A stretch of DNA of 64,000 nt from Asterias rubens. Its lineage: Eukaryota. This document shows positions 48,373-60,059 of this stretch, piece by piece. The position numbers and the translations under genes are program-made. The notes beneath the pieces were generated by a model that did not search any database, was not told the origin of the DNA, and worked only from the letters and a program-made list of their open reading frames with translations. Every line of letters begins with the position of its first letter. Position 1 is the stretch's first letter. The stretch covers positions 18,972,001 through 19,036,000 of the forward strand of contig NC_047065.1 of assembly GCF_902459465.1 (NCBI RefSeq). Direction: 5' to 3'.

Positions 48373-49483
48373 ATTTTGCAACGTGACTGGTTCAGAGCGG
48401 GTCACACGAGGTCTTCCATACCCCTTCCACGTGACGTCACACACATAAAAAGCGCCCTCACTGGGATCAAAGGAGGCAAATGATTTGAAGATAGCTGTGC
48501 GTACAAAAATGTGCGCATTTTACAAGGGTCACATTGTTACTAGAAAGCAGCGCGAGCGTGACACACTCTACCATTAGCAACTAATGGACAGTACTAAACC
48601 CGCAGCAACCAATCATTTACTGCTTTTATACTCGTGCTCTTTTATAACAAATTGCAGCACTCGAAACAGCAAAAAAATACACGATTAACATAGATAGGGG
48701 TCAATAAATAAAACAAATTTTACAACAGAAGCGCAACTTGCGCCTATCCTGGCCGCTTTTTGGGGAATCCAAACATACAAATAGGACTCGACTCTAAAAA
48801 ATAATGTTCAATATTATGTTGGACGACAACAATATTGATCGTTGCTGAAATTCACAAAAATACTTTCAATCAATAAGGACAAGTTCAATTAAACAAATTT
48901 TGATTGTGTAGGAAAATCCCTGTTACGTCATCACTAATGTGACGCTTTGTTCAGCGAGGAGCTATAACAAAGAAAACCTCCACACACGACGTCAAAGTAC
49001 TAGTTAATTTGTCATTATGACGTACGCCGTCAACGGCAGTATAGTGTTCCTAGTTTTCAAAACGTTTAGGGTGGGCTTGATTTTTTAATCGATAGTTACT
49101 ACAGTTTCAAAAGTGTACAAATATCTTACTTATCTCAAATAATAAACAAACGTATTATAAACAAGTCTAAATAGCATGCCAGTTATTATTATTACTATTT
49201 TTTTTTTGCTCAGACAATTTAACGTTTCACTTGTATTCACACTTTCATCCGCAAGTTTCTGAAATGTACAGTGTATACAAAACAAAACTTTAGTCTCAAT
49301 CACCACCTTTTTGGATTTTGTGTACACAGGTCTAGTACACTTAGAATTTGATGGCCCTACTTCGTAGTGTTGTTTTAATATCTACAACACAAGGGATATA
49401 TTGTCAAGACAATAATTATTGACAACATTGAAGGCACCGGGAAATATAGTTTAAATTTTTTCAAACATAGAGTATTATGTTAA

Positions 49484-49862
49484 AGGCAGTTGACACTATT
49501 GGTAATTGTCAAAGATTAGCTTTCACAGTTGGTGCATCTCAACATATGTATAAAATAACAAACCTGTGAAAATTTGAGCTCAATCGGTCATCGAAGTTGC
49601 GAGATAATAATGAAAGGAAAAAACACCCCTGTCACACTAAGTTGTGTGCGTTCAGATGGTTGATTTCGAGACCCCAAGTTCTAAACCTGAGGTCTCGATA
49701 TCAAATTCGTGGAAAATTACTTCTTTCTCGAAAACTATGGCACTTCAGAGGGAGCCGTTTCTCACAATGTTTTATACCATCAACTTCTCCCCATTACTCG
49801 TCACCAAGAAAGGTTCTATGCCAATAATTATTTTGAGTAATTACCAATAGTGTCCACTGCCT
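49484..49862. mobile_element. K1 MITE, full length
   Basis: TTAA|AGGCAGTTGACACTATTGG ... CCAATAGTGTCCACTGCCT|TTAA. Confidence 0.85.
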
Positions 49863-49866
49863 TTAA

Positions 49867-50407
49867 GTCACACTAAAACGACTTTTTAGTAATTGTTTGT
49901 AACGATTTATATGTTTAAAAACTAGAAAGTTGTTTGAGTGGTTGATTCCTCCTATACCGCTTAAGTGACGTCAATTGAGGCAGACTTTGCCTTCATGCGT
50001 AGAGTAAACACACGTGCAAAGTACATGCACATCCAAGTCGTGAGTTTTTTTTTTCTTCTTCTTGCATTTTCCGGCAACGCCGACCAAATGTATTGCTGCT
50101 GGATGCAGCAAACCAACTAAAGGTGTGGTCAGTCTGCATGGCTGGTCAGACTCACAATAGCAACAGTGCCCAGTGGTCCGGTCCGACGTCTTTTTCAGTG
50201 CTGTGCAGCATTTTCTCTTCAAATATCGCGCCTCGATTGACGTCACAAACAGCGCCGTCTCGGGTCGGGCCTGTTCTTAAATTTGTAAATAAGATAATAA
50301 CTAATTTTGTAGAACCTTCGTTAACTGTTTATTCACATTCCACTCATCAAAACACATATATTAGTGACAAAAGCTTTATTTTGACAAAATACCACTTCCA
50401 GGTGACT
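49867..50407. mobile_element. K4 element, second copy, with a longer THAP-like remnant
   Basis: Arms homologous to 11925-12473. (T)PTKCIAAGCSKPTKGVVSLHGW starts at 50077 (ACG in place of ATG). Confidence 0.65.
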
Positions 50408-51212
50408 TGAAGCTTGAAAATGATTGTACCCAACAAGTATACAAATATTGTGTTCGAAGGCATTCAGATCGTTTACTTAAAGGCACTGGGCACGTTTGGT
50501 AATAAGTGTCAAATACCAGTATTCTCACTTGGTGGGCATACCCAAACTTAAAGGGACACGTTGTCCTGGATCGGGCGAGTTGGTCTATAAAACATCTTTC
50601 TCATTCTAACCATATGCATTTCATGACAAACGGTTTTCAAATTACTTTTCATAGACCAACTCGCCCGATCGAAGACAACGTGAACCTTTAAGCATAAATA
50701 ACAAACTGATTGTTATGAACATTCGAATTAAGAGCGAGTTTAATATTTTGGGTATTAAAATCGGTCACAGCTCTGAGTGCTGATTTCATAATAACTAATG
50801 AATTAAGACTTATAGTAAAGAAGTTTATCTCTTTGATACGTAATTGTAGAGTGATGTTAGCATTATGAGATACTCCTGCCTTGCTTGAACGTTGTTATTT
50901 TGTTTTTATAGTCTTAAACAATTATTAGATTTAATTGTGGCTCGAATAAGGAACGGCAGTTGGTGAATGGATCATGCATGGGAAGATCTTTCATTTTACT
51001 GATCAGTTTTAATTTTGCGAGAAGTGGTTTTGTTTTGTTAATGTACGTATAGTTTCTGTGACTTCTGATTGTTACACACAGACGTGCCTATATATGGCAA
51101 GCATGTACAGAGAGGATTTTCCCCTTTTTCTTTTACAAGAGACTCAATGATTTTGTATGTTAATACAAAATGTAGCACTAGTTTCATTTTCATAGAGAGT
51201 TTTGCGTTTTGA

Positions 51213-51712
51213 NNNNNNNNNNNNNNNNNNNNNNNNNNNNNNNNNNNNNNNNNNNNNNNNNNNNNNNNNNNNNNNNNNNNNNNNNNNNNNNNNNNNNNNN
51301 NNNNNNNNNNNNNNNNNNNNNNNNNNNNNNNNNNNNNNNNNNNNNNNNNNNNNNNNNNNNNNNNNNNNNNNNNNNNNNNNNNNNNNNNNNNNNNNNNNNN
51401 NNNNNNNNNNNNNNNNNNNNNNNNNNNNNNNNNNNNNNNNNNNNNNNNNNNNNNNNNNNNNNNNNNNNNNNNNNNNNNNNNNNNNNNNNNNNNNNNNNNN
51501 NNNNNNNNNNNNNNNNNNNNNNNNNNNNNNNNNNNNNNNNNNNNNNNNNNNNNNNNNNNNNNNNNNNNNNNNNNNNNNNNNNNNNNNNNNNNNNNNNNNN
51601 NNNNNNNNNNNNNNNNNNNNNNNNNNNNNNNNNNNNNNNNNNNNNNNNNNNNNNNNNNNNNNNNNNNNNNNNNNNNNNNNNNNNNNNNNNNNNNNNNNNN
51701 NNNNNNNNNNNN
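51213..51712. other. Assembly gap (500 N)
   Basis: Run of exactly 500 N, a placeholder length. Confidence 1.
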
Positions 51713-52083
51713 ATTCGATTTGGTATGTCAAAGATCAGTCTTCTCAATTGGTGTATCTCAACAGCATGCATAAAATAACAAACCTGTGAAATTTTGAGCT
51801 CTATTGGTCGTCGAAGTTGCGAGATAATAATGAAAGAAAAAAACACCCTTGTCACACGAAGTTGTGTGCGTTAAGATGGTTGATTTCGAGACCTCAAATT
51901 CTAAATCTGAGGTCTCAAAATCAAATTCGTTGAAAATTACTTCTTTCTCGAAAACTGTGGCACTTCAGAGGGAGCCGTTTCTCACAATGTTTTTTACCAT
52001 CAACTTCTCCCCATTACCCGTCACCAAGTAAGGTTTTAGGCTAATAATTTTTTTGAGCTAATTACCACTAGTGTCCACTGCCT
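51713..52083. mobile_element. K1 MITE abutting the gap
   Basis: K1 body ending ccactagtgtccactgcct|ttaa. Confidence 0.8.
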
Positions 52084-52682
52084 TTAAGGTTTACAAAAAG
52101 CATCAACTTTTACATGACTAGTATTGGAATGTCAAACTATCTTTTTCTATCAAAAGAAAATGAAATACACTGTATATACGAAGCTATTTCCGAAGGTATT
52201 AGTTTTCTCTTTAAACAGTTCAGTAGACTAAAGGGTAATCTTTTTGATGTTGTGTTAAAGAAACTATAAGAAATTTCCTTGTTTTGTAAACAAATAATGC
52301 AAAAGTTTCACCTATAACTTCTCGATACAAGTTCTTGTATTGTATAATACCTGTTTTTGCAAAGTGATCTTACGATGAAAAGCCAATGTAAAAATAACAT
52401 TCATTACATAATGACCATGATCTTCGTTGTACAACCATACCACGCGTTACCTTAACAGTGCGAATAGTGCCCCACTCTCTATTTTCGCATTGAGTGTTGC
52501 TCCAATAAGAGCTATCAATTACCTTTAAATCAAGATGAAGGCTAACCTTGAATAAGTACGTATACGATCACGTGACCATCACGTGACCCATCACAGATCC
52601 ATTATTTGAACCAATTACGTAAATCTTAACTATAGAAAAAAGCTCAAGATCTGAGCTAAATAACAACATAAAATCATCCTTC

Positions 52683-52859
52683 ATAGACCTTATTCACTTG
52701 ACGTCATTTCAGTAGACTGCCCTCGCCTATAGAGGTCAAAAGGAGGTTGTTCATTGGCCAATTCTGTGCGCCGCGCGTACACATCTGTGCGTTTCGATTG
52801 TTTCGCCACCGTTTTACCTCTAAAATGGCGGCTGGATGACGTCAATGCATAAGGTCTAT
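52683..52859. mobile_element. Short MITE
   Basis: TIR atagaccttattcacttgacgtcat / atgacgtcaatgcataaggtctat. Confidence 0.65.
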
Positions 52860-53042
52860 TGATGAGTTAAATCTAAATAAATGCAATAGTGAGAAAGAAA
52901 GTATACGCCACGAATAGTAACCCAATGTTTCCAAATCTCCGATATTTAGCGTTTGATTTGTTACTGAGAACTTCCTAAATACAGTCCTGCCATTCCACTG
53001 AGGCTTTAAAACATCTGCTTCCCATGGTGTCGGTATTCGTTC

Positions 53043-54786
53043 TCATTCAAAGTATTCCATATCATCACTTGAAGATTCTGATTGACAGTCAGAAAAGCAA
53101 TCAGGGCAAAGTGCGCAATCTTCTAAATCATCTGATGCTTTGTCTTGACAGAACACATGACCTTCCGGACACCTCATCCACCCACCAACAGCAAAAGAAA
53201 GCTTAACAAATCGGTCTTCGTTACAGTTCTCTCTGGCTATATCCACTGACTCTCTGATTGTCTGAAGGACGTTTTCATAACGTGGACATGTACGGATTGG
53301 TGTCTGGCATTTAGGGCACAGAGCTGGTTGGATCTGCACACAGCCTGTTCCAGAGGTCTGGAAACCTGCAAACATTTCATCAAGAAACTGTGTTTCACAA
53401 AGATGTCTACAGTCTTTAAGGTAGATGAACGTTTCCTTTGGACGGATAGGTCCCGGAGGATATTTGTCAGCGATAAACTGTTTGTGACAGATACGACAAA
53501 CAGGTGGACAGGGTTCACCACAAACACCAAGACATAAATGATTGCAACGAAGTCTTTGGATGCATGGAAGGTTACAGGAAGTGGTATGTGTTTTGCGCTG
53601 ATGCTTACATTTGAGACTCTGCGTAGATATTTGAGGTAATCCCCTTGGCGACTTGTTGCAAAATTTGTGTGTTGGACAGACGTCATGTCCGCACAATTCC
53701 GAGCACCTATGTCCACAAAGAAGAATAGCGCCACAATTGTTATTGCAGAATGTATGTGTTCTACCAGGTCCTGCGCACGAACCACATGAACCGGGACATT
53801 TGTGACCACAACGAAGTACATGAATGCACGGTTCCTGGCAACTAGTGATAGCTGTACAATCAGATGCTTCCCAGCATGGCAATTTGATAACATGACCGCA
53901 TGGCGGAAGGGTCTTTTCCACACACTCGTCACACTGTTCTGACTCAAGACACGTCTCACCACATTCATTTGGGCATTTATGACCACACTTCATTATCTTC
54001 TCACATGGTTTTGAACATTCAGCGGACCCTGCTTTCTTGTGGCACGGAAGATTCATAAAATGGAAACACTCAGGTAGCTGCTTGTATACGGTGACTTGAC
54101 ATTTCTGTTTTACAAATTCGTTTTCATTCATTTCCTCTTCATCGTCACTGGATGTACATTCTTCGTTCGGGCACGGCTCCCCACATTTGTTCTCGCATTG
54201 ATGACCACATGAAAGAATCTTCTCACAGGGCTTCGGGCATACCAGTGATTCAACGCTTTTATAGCATGGACTTTCTATGACGTGACCGCAAAAAGGTATC
54301 TTTTTGTTCACAAACTGTTCTGACATAGAGGTCATCTTGTTCAGACGACCTGTTGCCATCATCATCCCAGTCACAGTAAGTTTCGTTCTTCTTTCGAGTG
54401 CTCTCTGTTGGGTCGTCTTCGCCATCCGCCGGGCAGGGTTCACAACATTTATTGGAACATGAATGGCCACATGGTAACATTTTCTGACATTTCTTCACAC
54501 ATTGATAGGAGTTGACATCTTGGTAGCAAGGGAGCCGAGCAGAATGTTCACAAGATGGCAGCTTTCTGTTAACTCTCAGTTTGCATTTGCAGGGGACGCC
54601 ACATTTATCTTTGCACCGGTGACCACATGATAACTCTTTGTTGCAGGTCTCTTTGCAAGTTAATGACGTAATATCAGCATGACATGGCACCGATTCAGTA
54701 TGATCACACCCAGGAAGCTTTTTATTTGTGATTTGGGTACACACCATAAACAGTATGCCGGCAACAATAATATAACAATAAACTTC
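53043..54786 (-). pseudogene. ZNFX1: Disrupted 3' part of gene D: zinc fingers, RING-like finger and RZ-like finger downstream of a TAA and across a frameshift
   Basis: ORF 54259-54747 is in the same frame as the main ORF. The finger pattern then continues in a different frame (ORF 53043-54470: NKKIPFCGH ... LKDCRHLC...CPKC ... GGWMRCPEGH...CPDC). Confidence 0.75.
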
Positions 54787-57700
54787 TTAGTGAAGCTGTA
54801 TGTATTCACCATAGGTTGGGTCCACTGTTTCCTTTGGGCACGGTTCGCCACATTTATTAGGACAGGGATTGCCGCAAGGTAATGACCGCTCACACTTCTC
54901 TTTGCAAAATGCTTCATAATGCCGCATAATCTTGGCGTCATCTAATCTTTCCCTTGTACAGGACATACCGCAGTACCGAGAGCAACGATGGCCACATTCC
55001 AACAACTTTTCACATAGATGACGCGGCGTGGAGTCGGGGTTCTTAGCACAATCCATCAGGACGTCATGGCCACACTTGGTAACGTGTTTAGAGACCTTGA
55101 CAGTACAGTAAGTAGTGCATTTAGCACCACACGCCCCTTTACATGCATGTCCACATGACAGTGTTCTAGGACATGGTTCTGTACAAGTGATTGACTCATA
55201 CCAACGACATTGAACCTGGATAACATGACCACACTCTGGCATCGATATAGAAACCTTGACAATACAAGTAGAACACGAATCTCCGCACGCCTTCCTACAT
55301 GGATGGCCACATGGCAATGATCTAGGACATGGTTCGGTACAAGTAACTGAATCAAACATTTCACATTCAACCTGAATAACATGACCACACTTTGGCATCA
55401 GTTTCTGTAGATTTCTCGAGCACGGTTCGCATTTCAAGTGGCATTTTAGAGGACACATGTGTTTCCTTCTACACATTTTTGAGCAGGGCTCTTTACATTC
55501 GTACTTTTCGTGGCATAAATCAAAGGGATGGCAGTGTAATTTGCATATGTGATTACATGGAAGCCTGTTTCCACATGGCTCGCCACAACCTCCGTCTTGA
55601 ACCTTCTCCTTGAAATCTCTGGCCGACGCTACCGCTGTTACTACTAAATGGTTTTGACAAACCAATGCAAGCGAGGAGCTAATTTTCTTCTCATCTTCAA
55701 GGGTTCTTAGTATGCTACTCCAGATAGAAGACTTTCTCAGGATGTTGGCGTTGCCAATACAGTAGAAACCCATGCGAGCTCTAGACAAGGCAACACAGAC
55801 ACGGTTTGAAGTCTTCAGGAACCCGATGGAGCCCTCTTCGTTGCTTCGAACCAAAGACAAAAGTATGATGTCATTTTCTTCTCCCTGGAAATTGTCAACC
55901 ACAGACACCCGAACTCCCTCAAAGGTCTCTTTATCCATGAGTTTCTTGAAGGTGAAGAGTTGACCCAAGTAGGTGGTTAGAATGGTAATCTGTTTGGGCC
56001 GGTATCCTTGATGTAACAAGTACCTACACAACTCGACAAGAACCTCCGCTTCATGCTGATTGGACTTGGTTTTGTTGTCATCACCCTCATCTTCAAACTG
56101 ATTGTGATCAATGAAAAACATGTTATGCGCCACCCCTTTGATGTCATCGAAACCCTTCACTGATTCATCGTCATAAAGATTGTTATAAAAATGTTTCTTC
56201 ATGAGTTTTGAGATTTCAGGACGCATACGATGCTGGTGGTTCAATGTTTGACAAGGCACGCCGTTGTTGACCATTCGTTCAAACAAAGAAGTATCCAAGT
56301 TGAAGCCCTTGGCCAGGCGATAGACTGTTGGGTTTGGTTTCAGATGCTGATGATCTCCAATCAGAATGAGATGCTGACATTTTGCAGTCAGAGCGGTGAT
56401 GATATGAGCTTCAAGAACTTCAGCGGCCTCTTCCACTATCACAATACGAGGACCAAGAAGCTTTAACATCGACTGACATCTGGCCGCACCTGTTGTAGTC
56501 ATTCCAATCACTCTTGCTTTTGAGAGAACTTCTAAATCGACGCTCGCCTTTATAGCTTCATATTCATTTGAAAGGCTGTCATAACTTATGCGGTAACCCG
56601 TCAGCATCTCCTCTTGCTCTTCAATGTACTTCTTAACCCAGAGTCTGTAAAGCCGCCAACGATCGCTTAACGTCAGACTCCATACATTTGTGACTCTAGA
56701 AGCTTCTCTATCGGACATCATGTCGTCCTTCTTAAGTTCTTCTTTTGGGGTGGTATCCAAATTCATACCACAGCGTTTCTCACACTCAATGCTGTATGCT
56801 GTAATTTCTTCTTCATCGTCAGAACTACTTGATTCATCTTCATCATCATCATCCTGTTTCTGTTTGCTGTCATCATCTACGCCAATGGACTTATCGTATA
56901 CTTCATAAGAATCTGTCGAGTCAACTACGTTCAGCCATTTCAGGAGGTTGGTTGTTGGTTCTCCTTGTCTCTTGATATTATTTTGAAAACCTGTTCGATT
57001 TTTGTCGCTCATGTAATAGATAAGCGTCTCGACTTTAAGTATGGCCGTTTTTGCACAAGCTACATCTGAAAGTGTAGATTGAATTTCCAATTTTGTTCGA
57101 TGCAGTTTTTTTTTAGCATTTTTTTCACGCTGTATTTGCTTCAACCTAAACTCCCTGGGAAGTTTCTTTTTTTCTTTGAGATTCTTTTCTCCCAATGCAT
57201 CACTTTTGCTTCGGCCTCCAACACGAACTAGGTTCTCCTCACCAAAATTTAAAACTCCCTCCAGAAACTGATCCAGCGCGTGGTTTGTATAGCACACCAC
57301 AAGAATTGGAGATGCATCTGGAGTTTTAGGTGTATTGAAGAGAAGTAATTCGATGATCTTGAGACCAATGTAAGTCTTCCCCGTTCCTGGTGGACCTTGG
57401 ATGATGGCAAACTCCTTCGTCAACGCTGCCTGCACAGCTGCCTTCTGTGACTCATCAAGATGTAAGGCCTCTGCAGTCGGCCAACTTTGTGGATCTAAAA
57501 TCGACACGAAGGCTGCATTTTCAAAGGTTTCAGTCAGACCCTCATCTTGAAAGACCTGATCAGTTTCAACAACCAATGGTCGTAGGTCATACACATCAGA
57601 GCAGTCTTCGCTCAGATACTTAGGTGTTCTAACATTAGATGAAACGTTCACAATATACCTTTCAAAAGGGAAGTTGTCACTATCCATCCGTTGTAGCCCT

Positions 57701-58933
57701 AGTAAGACGTGTCGATAGGGTTCAAAGAAAGAAACTGATTCAACCATGACAAAGGTACCGGTAGGCGCGTTACTAGACTCGGGAAGAAAACAAACATCAA
57801 CGAGACCTTTTTCCAAGTTCTCCGTATTCCTATCTGCCACAAACGCACATAACAAGCTCTTGAAGTTGTCTTTTGAAAGACAGACAAATGAACCGTATAT
57901 CAAACGGTTTTCCCAGTTGATCCGTCTGAGACTCTTGACATCTAACTTCAGGGTGTACTGAAGACTACGTCTCCCCATCTTCTTACTTTGAAAGGTGACA
58001 TTGCGGTACACCCGAATATCTTGATGGTGACTGTTTGCCACAGAGAGAAACTCTATGATACCTTCTCGTAGCGGTGCCACAAAGTCTTCTCTCAGCAACC
58101 TGAACTGCACATCAAGATAATGCTCGACATCTTGATATCTTCCCTTTATGATGTTCTTTCGTAAGAATGGCTTTGTTGGTTCCCAAATCTCTGAGCTGGT
58201 AGGGAATATTTTGATATCTCTGAAGTTAACTTGTGGCTTGTTCTCTATTTTTTGTTTTGTTTGACCTGACTCGGCGACAGAATGATAGCACTTCTTCAGT
58301 TTCTGTACCTGGATCATGTAATTCTGACCTTCGTGATCGATGTCAGTACAATCTACCAGGGAAACAGCCTTCTCGAGAAGAATCAGAACCACGCCCATTT
58401 CACCATAAATAATTGGCTTGTGTTCAAGGAATACTTTCAGCAATTTAAAAATCAATCTGATGTTGTTTGCAAGGGTTGCACCATGTCCACTGTCATGATC
58501 CCGTTGGTTTTGTGTGGACAAACCTACTAAGTATCTCGTCAAATGTCTACTGAGAAACCCTTCAGACTCTATCATACTGAATACCATATAAACATCTTGC
58601 TTTACTTTTGGATCTACACTTAAATCACAAATACACGACAAAACACGGAGTATTAACGTCATTATATTACTATTGAATGAGTCTAGATTTAAAAGTGCCA
58701 ACCATTCGTGTTTTCTGCTCAGAAGCTTGGAGAGAACTTCTTGTGGACTGGCCGTCAGCAGTGTCTTGAGTTCTTCCTCTGACATTGAGGGCGCCTTGGG
58801 AGTCTGCTTTACTTGAACTTGACCTGTGTATGTCCCTGAACCAGAACAAAAGTCGCTCTGTCCCCGACGCCATTTAGTTTCTTCTACAGGGGTTGGAGGA
58901 CTGTTCGGGCTCGAGGTTGTTGCACCACTGGAA
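54787..58933 (-). CDS. ZNFX1: ZNFX1-like gene D, large coding exon up to an in-frame TAA (helicase and about 9 zinc-finger units)
   Basis: Acceptor gtttcAG at 58934-58935, in frame with ORF 54787-58785. SF1 motifs present, with motif III reading GDHQHL. About 1551 aa spliced. Confidence 0.9.
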
Positions 58934-59195
58934 CTGAAACAATAAAAACATTTTTCGAATAATGAATTTGCTTACAGATATTTGTTTTGTTTTATGAAGA
59001 TTCTGCCCTAGTATTTGAATGGTAAAATAATAATGTTTTATATAGTACTTTCAGCTAGTTGTCGAAAATAGACAACAACATTTCTTTCAAACGTTTGCTC
59101 GCTTGAAATGCATTTCTTTGATAACGGAGTATTATTTTGTTTGCAATACTAAAAATAAATGACTAGGTTTATAAATGTTTCTATTATGAACTTAC

Positions 59196-59704
59196 CTGCT
59201 GTTCATCGGTTTACCTGGCCGTCTGAAGAAGTCACGACTATTAATCGTAGAAGTGTCCCTTAGCTGTTCCGTTGTCCTTTCTCCCTGACGCTCTGCTCTA
59301 CCACGTCGCCAGTTTGTCGTTTCCTGACGTTCTATTTGAGTCTTCGAGTCTCCTTCTTTCTCTAAATTGTTTCTCCTCCAAGACGTATTGCTTTCCTTGG
59401 GCCGAGCACCTTCACTTGCTTCCCTGTTGATGTTCCTCCAGGAGCCAGCAGCCGGAGCAGCGCTTTGATTACTTGATCGAGTCCACGTTAAGTTATTCCT
59501 GTAGGACTGTCCGCCAAAGACACCTCGAGACATTTTGTCGTTGCCCAAGGATCGTTCATGTCTTGTTTCTGGACCCAATGAATCGCTGTAAGCCGAACCG
59601 GTTTTGTGGATAAAAGGAGAAATGCGTCTGGTTCCCGACTGTTTGTGTTCTTGGTCGTCGACTGATGGACCGGTAGATTCATCTGAATCTGTGTCGGGAT
59701 CCAT
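59196..59704 (-). CDS. ZNFX1: Gene D first coding exon (disordered N-terminus)
   Basis: ATG at 59704, 2 nt after acceptor ctatAG. Donor AG|GTAAGT at 59195. Length 509 nt (phase 2); AG+T joins in frame to 58933. Confidence 0.85.
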
Positions 59705-60059
59705 AACTATAGAACAGGGGCAATATAAAAAATAATATTCTACTGGAGTAAGGAATTTAAAATTAAATATCTTTTGACAAAAGGGAAATAATAATAATAG
59801 ACGCGGCTGAAACCGCTTCAGTGCTGCTATCCTCGGCAATCGCATTGCATCCACCCACTATAGCAAACTGACAGCAGGTACCAAACACATCTCTGGCCGC
59901 ACCATTCACATGACACGGCATAAATTTTTTATGCAGAAGACGCCTATACGATTACAGTTTATTGGAAATTCATTTCGACTTCTTGTATTGATTTCGAATC
60001 AACGGGCGCACTCACTAAAATAGTTTCACGGGATGCTTACTGTAACCATCTTTAAAAGG

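Noticed and set aside
6545-48460. GAGGGCGC motifs (about 6550, 37475, 38555, 48455) as CTCF boundaries around the genes
   Set aside because: Only a partial core matches, at least one lies inside a repeat, and I cannot score them without a PWM.
51144-51855. ORFs of 189-221 aa spanning the X run
   Set aside because: Artefacts of the N gap.
54786-54809. 24-nt micro-intron (GTGAAT...CTAAG) that would remove the gene D TAA in frame
   Set aside because: Too short for a typical metazoan intron, weak AAG acceptor, and the sequence is homologous to coding GEYLEL in gene C.
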